Shown here one piece after another: positions 28,886 to 39,136 of a DNA stretch of 64,000 nucleotides. A program made the position numbers and the translations under genes. The notes below the pieces were generated by a model. It made no database searches, was not told the DNA's origin, and worked only from the letters and a program-made list of their open reading frames with translations. Each line of letters begins with the position of its first letter. Position 1 is the first letter of the stretch. Source of the DNA: Erysipelotrichales bacterium (GTDB taxonomy: Bacteria > Bacillota_I > Bacilli_A > RF39 > UBA660); NCBI GenBank assembly GCA_022508565.1, contig JAFLUY010000006.1:45149-109148 (forward strand), written 5' to 3'.

Positions 28886-29581
28886 ATGGGATATGCATAT
28901 GAAGAAGATAAAGAAAAAGTAGTAACAAATACTGAAGAAGTAGATGAAAGTCTTCATGTTATAAAAAAAGAAACAAAGAACGAAACTGTATCATCAGAGA
29001 CGATGGAAAATTTATTTTTTGATGATGAACATAGTGTAGTAAAGGAATCTAAAAATGATAACAATTCCATTGATTTTTTACTTCAAAGTGATGAGGAAGT
29101 TAATTTAAATTTAGATAACTTGTTAAATAAAAATGATGCTAAGTTATTTAGTATATATTTAGGAAGCAATAGTGACAAAATTACTGGTGATAGATTCAAT
29201 TATGCGGCATTTTTCTTTTGTGGCTCATATTTTATTTACCGTAAAGTTTATTTAGTTGGAATTATACTAGAAGCTTTAGCTCTTGGAGCACTAATATTTT
29301 TTCCAATTGCTCTAGTTAAGTGGTATATAATTCTTATATTTGAACTTATCTTAGCTTTGTGTTCTGGTTTTCTTGCAAATCAAATTATACTAAACGATGT
29401 TGGAAGTAAAATATTAAATTATAAAATATCAAAAGAAAAGAATATTAAAGAAAAACTTGCAAGTGATGGTGGAGTAAATGTAATAGCATTTATTATAGCT
29501 TTCATAATTTATTCAAGTGTATATGTCTTATGTATGATAGATTTATTTGATGAGATAATAAGTACGTTTACCACTTTTTAA
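28886..29581 (+). CDS. DUF2628-like membrane protein
   Basis: GAAGG RBS before the ATG at 28886. FNYAAFFFCGSYFIYRKVY motif and TM helices. Confidence 0.55.
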   Translation: MGYAYEEDKEKVVTNTEEVDESLHVIKKETKNETVSSETMENLFFDDEHSVVKESKNDNNSIDFLLQSDEEVNLNLDNLLNKNDAKLFSIYLGSNSDKITGDRFNYAAFFFCGSYFIYRKVYLVGIILEALALGALIFFPIALVKWYIILIFELILALCSGFLANQIILNDVGSKILNYKISKEKNIKEKLASDGGVNVIAFIIAFIIYSSVYVLCMIDLFDEIISTFTTF

Positions 29582-29660
29582 TAATTGATTAACACGAAAG
29601 TGTTAATTTTTTTTGAATAAAAAATAAAATTATTACCCATTTAATGAATAGGTGATAATT

Positions 29661-30287
29661 ATGGATATATTAATTGTGTTGCTTAGAACAATATTTTTTT
29701 ATTTCTTTATTTTATTTTCCTATCGTATTATGGGTAAAAGAGAAATAGGTCAGTTATCGATAAGTGATTTAACTATATCAATACTTATAGCAGAACTAGT
29801 AGCTATTAGTATTGAAAATAGACAAGATGCTACTATTTTAACAATTTTGCCGATAATATTATTAGTTTTTTTAGAAGTTGTTCTTGCCTACATTCAATTA
29901 AAATTTAATAAAGTAAGACCTGTGATGGACGGAAAACCAAGTGTAATTATTTTAGATGGCAAACTAAACGTTAGAGAAATGGTTAAGCAAAGATATAGTT
30001 TAGATGACTTATTAATGTCATTAAGAGAAAATCAAATTAAAGGCTTAAATGAAATTGATTATGCTATTTTAGAAACTAATGGTAAGCTTTCGGTATTTAA
30101 AAAAGATAAGGAAGGAACTTATCCTCTACCTTTAATAATCGATGGAGTTGTTGATAATGATTCTCTTTTAAACATTAATAAAACAACTATTTGGTTAAAT
30201 AAATTATTAGATACACATGATTTGAGTATTGATAAAGTCTTATACGCATTTTATAAGAAAAATAAATTATATATAATTAGAAAGTAA
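29661..30287 (+). CDS. DUF421 (YetF-like) membrane protein
   Basis: AGGTGA RBS. YRIMGKREIGQLSISDLTISILIAELVA N-terminal signature. Confidence 0.65.
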   Translation: MDILIVLLRTIFFYFFILFSYRIMGKREIGQLSISDLTISILIAELVAISIENRQDATILTILPIILLVFLEVVLAYIQLKFNKVRPVMDGKPSVIILDGKLNVREMVKQRYSLDDLLMSLRENQIKGLNEIDYAILETNGKLSVFKKDKEGTYPLPLIIDGVVDNDSLLNINKTTIWLNKLLDTHDLSIDKVLYAFYKKNKLYIIRK

Positions 30288-30408
30288 AGTTAATTTGTAA
30301 AATAAATGTTTATTATATTGTAAAAAATAGTGTAAATAGATATTTAATTTACAAATATAGATTGAACAATTAAAAAGCCTTACTTATACTTTTATTATAG
30401 GTGGTAGT

Positions 30409-31098
30409 ATGAAGAATAAAGCAATGGGTGTTGTTCAATTAGTTTTGAGTATAGTAGTAATTTTGCTATTTAGTGGTTTCTATTGGAAAGTATTAAGCCT
30501 TTTTGGTTTACATTTCTCTGGTTTAGCATATACAATAGCAAACTTTATTAAGCATTTACTCGTAACTTTAATTGTCTTCGTGATTTATTACAGAAATATT
30601 AAGGCAGGAAAGAATAGGTTTAATAAAACGTGGCTTAATAGTTTTATTTATTGCGTTTCTTGTTTTGTATTCTTAGTAATAATAACTATTGTTTTACACG
30701 AAGTATTAAACTACTTAGGTAATCCAAGAGGTATAAAAGTACCTTATCGATTTACTAATTACTTTAATACTACATTTACATTAGAGTCGGCACTAAATCT
30801 AATTGTAGATGCGATATTCATGCCATTCCTATTGTGTATAGTTTTTCCACTTGGATTCTCTAACATATTTCAAAAAAGCACAACAGCATCAGTACTTGCA
30901 GGTATTACGTATGGAATTATTTATGCCATTGATTTACATGTAAGTATTGAACATGCACTTTTTATCGCTTTTACTCCAGCAGTATTAGTTATATTGCTTA
31001 CTTATCTTTATAAAACTGAACATAATATTTGGTCAGTTGTTATTACATACATATGTTATGTATTATTTGGTGTATTTGCAATAAACTATATATTATAG
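30409..31098 (+). CDS. polytopic membrane protein, hypothetical
   Basis: About 6 TM helices; TAGGTGGTAG RBS. Confidence 0.5.
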   Translation: MKNKAMGVVQLVLSIVVILLFSGFYWKVLSLFGLHFSGLAYTIANFIKHLLVTLIVFVIYYRNIKAGKNRFNKTWLNSFIYCVSCFVFLVIITIVLHEVLNYLGNPRGIKVPYRFTNYFNTTFTLESALNLIVDAIFMPFLLCIVFPLGFSNIFQKSTTASVLAGITYGIIYAIDLHVSIEHALFIAFTPAVLVILLTYLYKTEHNIWSVVITYICYVLFGVFAINYIL

Positions 31099-31107
31099 GA
31101 GGAAATA

Positions 31108-31983
31108 ATGAACAAATCTAAAGATATTGTTAAACTATTTTTAAGTTTTATTGTCTTTTATTTTGCTTCATCTATTTTAGTAGTATTTATAAAATATGGA
31201 CTTGGAATTGATACATCAACGCTTAGTATAAAAAATCTTGCCTTAATTGAAATGTTATTTACTTTCTTTTTTGCAATTATTTATACTATATTGCACTTTG
31301 ATGTAATTAAATATTCCTTTAAAGACTTAAAAGGGAAAAAAGTTACACAATTTATATCAGCTGTTGTCACTGGATTATTAATTGTCTATGGTGCTCAAAT
31401 ATTTGCAAGCATCATTGAAAACTTACTGTCGATTATTATAGGCCTAGAACAAGAGTCAGTAGTTAATCAACAAAGTTTTGAAGTTTTATTAAAAAGTGCC
31501 CCGGTGATAGCGATCATCTCGGCTTGCATACTTGCTCCAATTGAAGAAGAATTATTATTTCGAGGAGCGGTAGGTAAAGTATTTAAGAATAAAAAGGTTT
31601 TTATTGCTGTAAGTGGTTTAATCTTTGGACTAGCGCATGTTACAGATAGTGTTATGTTTCTGGGCGAATTTATCTTGCTAGGAATAGTATTTGATTTAAT
31701 AACAGAAAATCCAAATAGAAAAAAAAGAATAATGCTATCTGTAATATCGACAGTCTTAATATTATTTGTTTTTGGAATATTTTATTATTTTGAATATGGA
31801 AATTTAATAATAAAGATTCAAAATCTTGATTTAAATGAAGTTATAGGTAGTATTAGTTACATCTTTGCTGGATGTGCAATTGCTTATAATTATGTTTTAA
31901 ATAATAGAAATATTTTAGTTAATATGGGAATGCATGCCGTTATAAATACAATAGCCGTATTAATAACGTTGTGTTTAAAATAA
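31108..31983 (+). CDS. CPBP family intramembrane metalloprotease (CAAX protease-like)
   Basis: APIEEELLFRG and FGLAH motifs in a polytopic context. Confidence 0.7.
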   Translation: MNKSKDIVKLFLSFIVFYFASSILVVFIKYGLGIDTSTLSIKNLALIEMLFTFFFAIIYTILHFDVIKYSFKDLKGKKVTQFISAVVTGLLIVYGAQIFASIIENLLSIIIGLEQESVVNQQSFEVLLKSAPVIAIISACILAPIEEELLFRGAVGKVFKNKKVFIAVSGLIFGLAHVTDSVMFLGEFILLGIVFDLITENPNRKKRIMLSVISTVLILFVFGIFYYFEYGNLIIKIQNLDLNEVIGSISYIFAGCAIAYNYVLNNRNILVNMGMHAVINTIAVLITLCLK

Positions 31984-32027
31984 ATTTAGTATATAATATA
32001 ACGAAAAAAAAGAAAGTATGTGGTTAA

Positions 32028-32480
32028 GTGATAACAATAGATGATGTACTTATTATTGCTGTCATTCTTTGGTTAATTCTTATTTCGGTTATATTATACA
32101 TAAGATTAAAAAGTAGGGAGAAAACAATGAATGCATTAAATAAAGCAAAAAAGGATAGAATAGATTTAGAAGCTATCACAAGAAATATTGAAGAAAATTA
32201 TAAACCAGTAACAATTGAATTAACTAGCTATGAGCAAGAACAAGAGAATAACGCCATTATAAGTTATCAAGAGTTGTTATCTAACAAAGATTCAAATCAA
32301 GTTAATTATGATGATGATTTTGAAAGTACTATGGATATTGATGTTAAAAAGGTTGATTTAACAAAAACATCAGGATCTGAAGTACCTAAAACTAAAATAG
32401 AGGTTACTTTAATGAATTATGAGATGGAAGAGGCGTTCCTAAAAGCATTAAAACAACTTCAAAATGATTTGGCTCGTTGA
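32028..32480 (+). CDS. small protein, possibly with an N-terminal membrane anchor; start uncertain (GTG 32028 with TM, or strong-RBS ATG 32127)
   Basis: AGGGAG RBS precedes the ATG at 32127. The upstream in-frame segment encodes a TM helix but has no good RBS. Confidence 0.45.
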   Translation: MITIDDVLIIAVILWLILISVILYIRLKSREKTMNALNKAKKDRIDLEAITRNIEENYKPVTIELTSYEQEQENNAIISYQELLSNKDSNQVNYDDDFESTMDIDVKKVDLTKTSGSEVPKTKIEVTLMNYEMEEAFLKALKQLQNDLAR

Positions 32481-32575
32481 TTATATTTTTATATAATAAT
32501 TAATTATAAGAAATAGCTAAACTTCGGTTTTGCTTTTTTTTGTGTTATAATATTGTGCGCAAAGGAGAAGTAATC

Positions 32576-33838
32576 ATGAAAGTTTGTATATTAACACTAG
32601 GTTGTAAAGTTAATGCTTATGAATCAGAACAAATAAAAGAACAATTTTTACTAGCTGGTCATGAAGAAACTAATGATTTAAGCGCTAGTGATGTAACAAT
32701 AATTAATACTTGTACAGTGACTAATCAAGCTGATTCAAAGAGTCGTAAAATGATTAGACAAGCAAGAAGAGAAAATAAAGATGCAATTATTGTTGTTTGT
32801 GGTTGTTCCGCAGAAAATCATAAAGATGCCTTAATGGATTTAGATATTGATATTTTAATCGGTAATAAAGATAAATCAAAGATAGTTTCTTTAGTTGAAG
32901 ATTTTAATGAACATCACGAAAAAATTGTTAAGTTCTATGATATGCGCGATTCGGTTTTTGAAGATATGAAAATAACTAACTTTAAAGGTAGAACTAGGGG
33001 CTTTGTTAAAATTCAAGATGGTTGTAATAATTTTTGTTCATATTGCATTATACCTTTTATGCGAGGTAGCATTCGAAGCAAAGATATTGATATAGCTGAA
33101 AGTGAAATTAATTGCCTTGCTGATAATGGATATCAAGAAATAGTTTTAACTGGTATTCACACAGGTTCATATGGTACGGGCGAGTCTTATGATTTAGTTG
33201 ATTTGATTAGAAGAATTAGTAAAAATGATAATCTAAAAAGAATACGTATATCTTCAATTGAAATAACTGAATTAAATGATAAATTTATGGAAGAATTAAA
33301 AGCTAATAATAAAATATGTAATCACTTTCATGTTCCAATTCAAAGTGGATCAAATTATATTTTAGAACTTATGAATAGAAAATATAATATCGATGAATAT
33401 AAAAGCATTATTAATAAATTAAGAAGTATAAGAGAGGATGTCAATATTACTACTGACTTAATTGTTGGCTTCCCAGAAGAAACTGATGAGTGTTTTAAAG
33501 AAACTATTAATAATTTAAGTGATATTGGTTTTTCAAAGATACATACATTCCCTTATTCTATAAGAAAGGGAACTAAAGCAAGTACTATGAAACAAGTAAA
33601 TGATAGTGTAAAAAAAGAAAGAGTTAAAGAAGTTTTAGAACTTAGTTCAAAACTTGAAAATAAATATTATCAAAAATTTATTGGTAAAGAGTTAACAGTT
33701 TTAGTTGAGGATAGATTTAGCGGGTTTACTGATAATTACATTAAAGTTCATTTTGATAAAGAGTGTGAAAATAATACTTTTGTTAACGTAGTAATTACAG
33801 ATGTTGATGATACAAGTGTAAATGGACGTGTTATATAA
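32576..33838 (+). CDS. MiaB/RimO-family radical-SAM methylthiotransferase (MtaB-like)
   Basis: AAAGGAGAAG RBS. N-terminal MTTase domain with Cys triad, radical-SAM CNNFCSYC, C-terminal TRAM-like region. Confidence 0.8.
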   Translation: MKVCILTLGCKVNAYESEQIKEQFLLAGHEETNDLSASDVTIINTCTVTNQADSKSRKMIRQARRENKDAIIVVCGCSAENHKDALMDLDIDILIGNKDKSKIVSLVEDFNEHHEKIVKFYDMRDSVFEDMKITNFKGRTRGFVKIQDGCNNFCSYCIIPFMRGSIRSKDIDIAESEINCLADNGYQEIVLTGIHTGSYGTGESYDLVDLIRRISKNDNLKRIRISSIEITELNDKFMEELKANNKICNHFHVPIQSGSNYILELMNRKYNIDEYKSIINKLRSIREDVNITTDLIVGFPEETDECFKETINNLSDIGFSKIHTFPYSIRKGTKASTMKQVNDSVKKERVKEVLELSSKLENKYYQKFIGKELTVLVEDRFSGFTDNYIKVHFDKECENNTFVNVVITDVDDTSVNGRVI

Positions 33839-33867
33839 TTGAAAATTAAGGCAATAATGTTTATAAT
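33839..33867 (+). promoter_or_regulatory. sigma-A promoter TTGAAA-17-TATAAT
   Basis: Hexamers at 33839 and 33862. Confidence 0.5.
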
Positions 33868-33889
33868 TTTATTATAAGGATGTGTTTAT

Positions 33890-34633
33890 ATGGCAAAAGA
33901 TATAAAACCATACTCTAAAAGAAGAGTTAGAAATAATGGTAAAGATGCTGGAGAAATTATTCTTTACAAAAAAAATGTAGTGTCGATATTTGGAATGGGT
34001 CTAGCTATGGGTATTGGATTAGGTGTTGTTATTGGGCTTTCTACAAAACAACCAGAAGTCAATCACATTGCTTATAATACATTAAGTGATTCATATTTTG
34101 ATGAACCAACTTATAACGGAATTCCTTATATAGTTAAATTTGGAGAAAACGTATCCGATATAGTTTATAGTTATGAACAAGATAGTAATAAAGTACAAAA
34201 AATTATTTCTGAAATAGAATATTTAAATAAGATAGATGCAAATAATGTTAAGGCAGGTCAAGAAATATTACTATGTGGTGTTCCTGCATCACGTTTAGAG
34301 GATTTTGGTTATACAGATAATTATAACCTTTTTGGTGAAACTGTTGAGATTGATATGCGTTTAGATTTCTTAACTAAAGTAACTAATGGTTTAGACAGAT
34401 CTGATGAAGTAAATGATAATTTTGTAATTTCTTATGAACAAGCTAAAAATGAATATGAAGAGTATAAGAGAAACTATCTTCCAGGAGACGAATATATGCT
34501 TCCTGATATTATAGATAGATTAATAGTTTTATGCGAAGAAGCAAAAAATTATGGTTATAGATTCGAAGATAATAAAAAAGCTTTACCATTAGATCAAGCA
34601 TTAGATCAATATAAAGGTCAAGGATTACACTAA
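33890..34633 (+). CDS. membrane-anchored protein with a LysM-like segment
   Basis: N-terminal TM helix. VKFGENVSDIVYSY...NKIDANNVKAGQEILL resembles LysM. Confidence 0.5.
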   Translation: MAKDIKPYSKRRVRNNGKDAGEIILYKKNVVSIFGMGLAMGIGLGVVIGLSTKQPEVNHIAYNTLSDSYFDEPTYNGIPYIVKFGENVSDIVYSYEQDSNKVQKIISEIEYLNKIDANNVKAGQEILLCGVPASRLEDFGYTDNYNLFGETVEIDMRLDFLTKVTNGLDRSDEVNDNFVISYEQAKNEYEEYKRNYLPGDEYMLPDIIDRLIVLCEEAKNYGYRFEDNKKALPLDQALDQYKGQGLH

Positions 34634-34703
34634 TTGTAGTCCTTTTTATTTGCACATACAATATAAAAATAATATAATAACTAAATAGAAATAAGGGATA
34701 AAT

Positions 34704-35402
34704 ATGGAAAAATTGGAATATTCATCAGCGGATTTTTTGTACGAAAAATATTTATTTGATAATGATTATTTTTATAAAATAATTATCGAAGATGAAAAAG
34801 CTATTTTAGATTTACTATTAGAGAAAAAAGAATTACTTCAGAGTGATAATTATTCTCTTCCAATTGGTTATTATTTGACCCAAGATGGAGAACTTTGTTA
34901 TAAAGCAAAGAATTTAAAAGATTATCGTACTATTAGTTATCTATTTAAATTAGGAATGTCTTTTGATGTAAAAAGAATTGCTAGTTCTATGGCTACTTCC
35001 TTCGAAGAACTAAAAAGTATTGGAATTTCTTATTGGGATTTTCATGATGAAAATGTGTTATTAGATAAAGAATCTAACATCAAACTAATTGATTTAGATA
35101 GTTGTGAAATTCTAGAAGATGCTCATTTGCAAGAGTATTCAATTCATAGATTAGTGGAAATGGTATTTCATTTAATGATAGTTAGTAAGAAATTTAAATC
35201 ATTTGATTCTATGCCTACTTTTATGGACCTTTTTAAAAAATATAGTGTTGTAGATTTATATGATAATGATGTAAAAGAATTTCTTTCAGAAATATATTTT
35301 TCTAATACAAAATCAAAAGATTTTGAAATAGTGCCTTTAGTTGAACGTATTTGTGAAGAAGAAAAAGTGGAAGAAGTTAAAAGACGTGTATTGGAAGCAT
35401 AA
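34704..35402 (+). CDS. protein-kinase-like fold protein (APH/CotS/Kdo-kinase-like catalytic loop)
   Basis: WDFHDENVLLDKESNIKLIDLDS matches the H.D....N...D.D pattern of the kinase catalytic loop and DFG-equivalent. Confidence 0.4.
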   Translation: MEKLEYSSADFLYEKYLFDNDYFYKIIIEDEKAILDLLLEKKELLQSDNYSLPIGYYLTQDGELCYKAKNLKDYRTISYLFKLGMSFDVKRIASSMATSFEELKSIGISYWDFHDENVLLDKESNIKLIDLDSCEILEDAHLQEYSIHRLVEMVFHLMIVSKKFKSFDSMPTFMDLFKKYSVVDLYDNDVKEFLSEIYFSNTKSKDFEIVPLVERICEEEKVEEVKRRVLEA

Positions 35403-35489
35403 TTTGTGTAAAAGAGCAATAAAATAATTCCTAATTTGTTGAGGGCTACACTTTAATACTTTATAATAATAAATGTAAGGAAAATTATT

Positions 35490-36014
35490 ATGAGTATAGG
35501 AAATTATTTTAAAAAAAGAATTAATATTTTTATCATATCGGCAATTCTTATAATTATTGCATTAGTTTTTACGTTTGTTGTATTAACTAAAAACACTTAT
35601 CAAGATGTTCTTATTAACAATAAAAATATTCAAGTAATTTTTGAAAATGGTAAGAATGGTATAAAATTTGGGGAGGCTCCAATGGGTTTCGATGAAGGAC
35701 TAACTAAATCTCCGAATAATAAATATAAAATTGTTAATAAATCAAAGAATAAAGTTAATTATCAAGTAATCGTAAATGAAATATATCAAGAGAGTGATAC
35801 ACTTTCTAAAAATAAAGTAGCTGTTTGTGTTAATGATACTGATTGTAAAACATTAGAAAAAGCTATAGATGGTATTATTTATACATCTGCAGTTGAACCA
35901 AAGTATCAAGATATTATAAATATAAAGTTTTGGGTTTTGAAAGACAATCTTGAGCTTGGAGATATGGATAAATCAATTTTGTTAAATGTTGATATTATAG
36001 AAATAGAAAAATGA
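35490..36014 (+). CDS. membrane-anchored hypothetical protein
   Basis: N-terminal TM helix followed by an extracytoplasmic domain. Confidence 0.5.
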   Translation: MSIGNYFKKRINIFIISAILIIIALVFTFVVLTKNTYQDVLINNKNIQVIFENGKNGIKFGEAPMGFDEGLTKSPNNKYKIVNKSKNKVNYQVIVNEIYQESDTLSKNKVAVCVNDTDCKTLEKAIDGIIYTSAVEPKYQDIINIKFWVLKDNLELGDMDKSILLNVDIIEIEK

Positions 36015-36040
36015 GAGAATTAAATTTCTCTCATTTTATT
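36011..36040. terminator. bidirectional terminator between convergent genes (ATGAGAGAA-TTAAATT-TCTCTCAT)
   Basis: 9-bp inverted repeat with flanking T/A runs. Confidence 0.55.
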
Positions 36041-36574
36041 TCTGTCTTTAAATGGATCATTTTTATCAATTTTATCAGTAAAAAGAATTCCATCTAAGTG
36101 ATCAAGTTCGTGTTGGAATGCTATAGATATATCTTCTCTTACACGGATTATATATTCTTCACCGTTTTCATCATAAGCTTTAATCTTCATTCTTGCATAC
36201 CTTGGGACGATTCCTTCAGTAGGTCTGTTGACTGATAAACATCCTTCACCTTCGCCAACATAGATTAATTCTTCTGAATGGCTTATAACTTTTGGGTTGA
36301 TAACAATATATCTACCAAATGTTCCATCTCCATAATCTTCAGATACTACAAATATTCTTTTCATTATACCGATTTGACAGAAGGATAATCCCATACCAGC
36401 TCTTAAGTCATATTTTTCTGCCAACTTTTCATCTTGGCTCATTTCCAAGTAATCAAGACAGTCATTAATTGTTTTTTTAGTTTCTTCATCTAAAGGAAAT
36501 GTTACATCAGTAGATTTTTGATGTAATCTTTTATCTTTTTCATCTAAAATTTTAATGTTAGGTAAACTTTTCAT
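36020..36574 (-). CDS. def: peptide deformylase
   Basis: GMGLSFCQIG, EGCLSV and HELDHLDG motifs. Confidence 0.9.
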   Translation of the reverse strand: MKSLPNIKILDEKDKRLHQKSTDVTFPLDEETKKTINDCLDYLEMSQDEKLAEKYDLRAGMGLSFCQIGIMKRIFVVSEDYGDGTFGRYIVINPKVISHSEELIYVGEGEGCLSVNRPTEGIVPRYARMKIKAYDENGEEYIIRVREDISIAFQHELDHLDGILFTDKIDKNDPFKDRNKMREI

Positions 36575-36732
36575 ACTGCACCCCTCAACTAACGCTTATT
36601 TTACCAAATAATTAAAAAAAAATAAAGTTTAAACATAAATGTAAAGTTTTAGTAATGTTGAAAACTTGTTTTACATTTAAGTTTACTATTTGTTAACATT
36701 CGTTTATAATTTAAATAATAGAGGTGTTGGTT

Positions 36733-38115
36733 ATGGATAAAATTAAAGAATTAAGAATGACATTAATTATTCTTTTAATAGGAGTATTTTTTGTAAGTGG
36801 CTGTTTTTTTAACAGTAAACATACAGTGTCTTTTAAAACTAATGGTGGAACTGAGATAGAAAACATTAGTGTTAAAAGTGGATCAAAATTAAGTGATGTT
36901 AAAATTCCAACTAAAGAAGGTTATGACTTTGTTGGTTGGTATGTAGATGGAGAAGAGTTTGACATGAACTCAAAAATTGATGCTGATATCACTCTAGTAG
37001 CTAAGTGGGTTAAATCTACAGAAGAAGATGAAGTTCCTGAAGAAACTGAAGACAAAACCACAACAACTACAACAAAGGCAACTAAAACTACAACAGCAAG
37101 TGATAAAACAACAGTAAAAACAACAAAAACGACAAAGAAAACATCAATAACAAAAAATACTACAAAGACAGCAACTACAACTACTAGTAGTACTACTACA
37201 ACAAAAACGACAACCAAAGTTTTAGAACCATCAGTAGATGTTCCTGATATTAAACCAGAAGAACCAACTGAAAAAGTTATAGATATAAAATTAGAAGTTA
37301 TTAAACTATCAGAAGAAATTACTAGTGAAGAAATGGAAGAATCTTTAAAACAAGAAAAAGAAACAGAAGCAACTTCCACAAAAGATGAAGAAGAACCTGA
37401 AAAAGTTATCGAATTTAGAGAAGTAAGATATTTAAGAATATCTAGAACCACAGATGGGGCAAATGTAGAAAGTAATATTGATGAAATCGATTTAAATGCT
37501 TTACTAGCAAGTGATATTAAAGATTGGACTATTACATCAAACTATGGAGTTACTTATAAACCAATTTTAAGAGATGAAACAATTTTATTAGAAGAAGAAA
37601 AGAATGTTACTAGTTTAACAGTTGAATATAATGGGTTTAGTTATATATTTGAATATGATAGTGAAAAAGATACATGGTATATTAAATATCCTACTGTATC
37701 TGTAGGTAGTGAAAATGGTTTAGATTTAATATATTATAATAATTTAGAAACAGCGATTAATGTTGTAAGATATGGCCAAGTAATAAAAATCTTAGAAGAT
37801 CAAGAAATTAAAAAAACATTAAACATTAAATTTCCAATAACTATCGATGGAGAAAAGAATCAAGCAGGAGAAAGATATAAAATTACTAATACAGAAGGGT
37901 ATTTATTTAATCTTGAGAATATTAAATATAATGAAGAAGATGAAGTAGTTATTAAAAATATTGATTTTGATGTTGATTCATTCATTTATTTAGGTGAATC
38001 TGAATTTACCAATGTTAAATTAAGCAATATTTCTCTTAAGATTAAAAATAATAAAACAGATAAAGAAGATATTGAAGATATATTTAAAGATATTGATGTA
38101 TTATCAATGTTATAA
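36733..38115 (+). CDS. lipoprotein with a Listeria-Bacteroides (Flg_new) repeat, a Thr-rich linker and a C-terminal domain
   Basis: Lipobox FVSGC, then VSFKTNGG...GYDFVGWYVDGEEF repeat, about 70 aa of T/K-rich low complexity, then a globular C-terminus. Confidence 0.65.
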   Translation: MDKIKELRMTLIILLIGVFFVSGCFFNSKHTVSFKTNGGTEIENISVKSGSKLSDVKIPTKEGYDFVGWYVDGEEFDMNSKIDADITLVAKWVKSTEEDEVPEETEDKTTTTTTKATKTTTASDKTTVKTTKTTKKTSITKNTTKTATTTTSSTTTTKTTTKVLEPSVDVPDIKPEEPTEKVIDIKLEVIKLSEEITSEEMEESLKQEKETEATSTKDEEEPEKVIEFREVRYLRISRTTDGANVESNIDEIDLNALLASDIKDWTITSNYGVTYKPILRDETILLEEEKNVTSLTVEYNGFSYIFEYDSEKDTWYIKYPTVSVGSENGLDLIYYNNLETAINVVRYGQVIKILEDQEIKKTLNIKFPITIDGEKNQAGERYKITNTEGYLFNLENIKYNEEDEVVIKNIDFDVDSFIYLGESEFTNVKLSNISLKIKNNKTDKEDIEDIFKDIDVLSML

Positions 38116-38141
38116 AAACACTTTTAAGTGTTTTTTTTTTG
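38114..38141 (+). terminator. intrinsic terminator (AACACTT-TTAA-AAGTGTT plus T-run), a near-copy of the hairpin at 26881
   Basis: Perfect hairpin followed by T10. Confidence 0.6.
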
Positions 38142-38180
38142 TGTATAATGCTATAATATTATAAATTTTGGAGGGAAGTT

Positions 38181-39065
38181 ATGATTTTAGTTGTATGTGG
38201 ACCAACTGCTGTTGGTAAAACAAAAATGAGTGTTAGTTTAGCCAAAATATATAATTGTGAAATAATAAATGCTGATTCTATGCAAATATATAAAGGATTA
38301 GATATTGGAACAGCAAAAGCAACTAAAGAAGAAATGCAAAATATTCCACATCATCTGTTAAGTATAAAAGATGTCATGGAAGATTATTCAGTTTTTGATT
38401 ATCAGAAAGATGCAAGAAATAAAATTGAAGAGATTAAGAGTAAAGGAAAAATTCCTCTTTTAGTTGGAGGTACTGGGTATTACTTAAAAAGTGTTTTTTA
38501 TGATTATACATTTACAGAAGAAAGTAACGAAAATGATCAAACTTATGATGATTTAACTAATGAAGAGTTAGATGCAAAAATTCAAGAATATGAGCCTGAC
38601 TTTACTTATGATAATCATAATAGAAAAAGAATGATTAGACTTTTAAATAAGTTACAAAGTGGTTGGTCACCAGGGAAAGAAGACTATAAACTTATATATG
38701 ATGATGTAGTGTTTATTGGTCTTACAACTGACAGAGAAATTCTCTATGATCGCATAAACAAAAGATTTGATGAAATGCTTGTTCCTTTAATTGATGAAGT
38801 AAAACCATATGCTTTAAAAAATATTAGAAGTAAAGCTTTAATGACAGGAATTGGCTATAAAGAATTTTATCCATTCTTTAATAATGAAGATTCACTAGTT
38901 AATGTTGTTGAAGAATGTAAGAAAAACTCAAGAAATTACGCAAAAAGGCAATATACTTGGTTTAATAATCAAATGGATGTTACTTGGTTTGATGTCGATT
39001 TTAATAATTTTGATAATACAATTAATGAAGTTACAAAATATATTGATAATAAATTTTTAAATTAA
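38181..39065 (+). CDS. miaA: tRNA dimethylallyltransferase
   Basis: N-terminal ILVVCGPTAVGKTKMSV...INADSMQIYKGLDIGTAK. Confidence 0.9.
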   Translation: MILVVCGPTAVGKTKMSVSLAKIYNCEIINADSMQIYKGLDIGTAKATKEEMQNIPHHLLSIKDVMEDYSVFDYQKDARNKIEEIKSKGKIPLLVGGTGYYLKSVFYDYTFTEESNENDQTYDDLTNEELDAKIQEYEPDFTYDNHNRKRMIRLLNKLQSGWSPGKEDYKLIYDDVVFIGLTTDREILYDRINKRFDEMLVPLIDEVKPYALKNIRSKALMTGIGYKEFYPFFNNEDSLVNVVEECKKNSRNYAKRQYTWFNNQMDVTWFDVDFNNFDNTINEVTKYIDNKFLN

Positions 39066-39136
39066 AAGACAATAGTCTTTTTTTTTATTTAAATTTATTA
39101 TATAATTTACTTATAGTAGTATGGAGTGTGGTAGTA

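Noticed and set aside
30290-30408. Inverted repeat TTAATTTGTAAA ... TTTACAAAT in the intergenic region upstream of the 30409 membrane protein gene
   Set aside because: A short AT-rich symmetric element without a second copy elsewhere in the window; too weak to call a regulatory site.
37060-37210. Apparent nucleotide tandem repeat (ACA/ACT/AAA-rich)
   Set aside because: It is in-frame coding sequence for a Thr/Lys-rich linker in the lipoprotein, not a non-coding repeat element.
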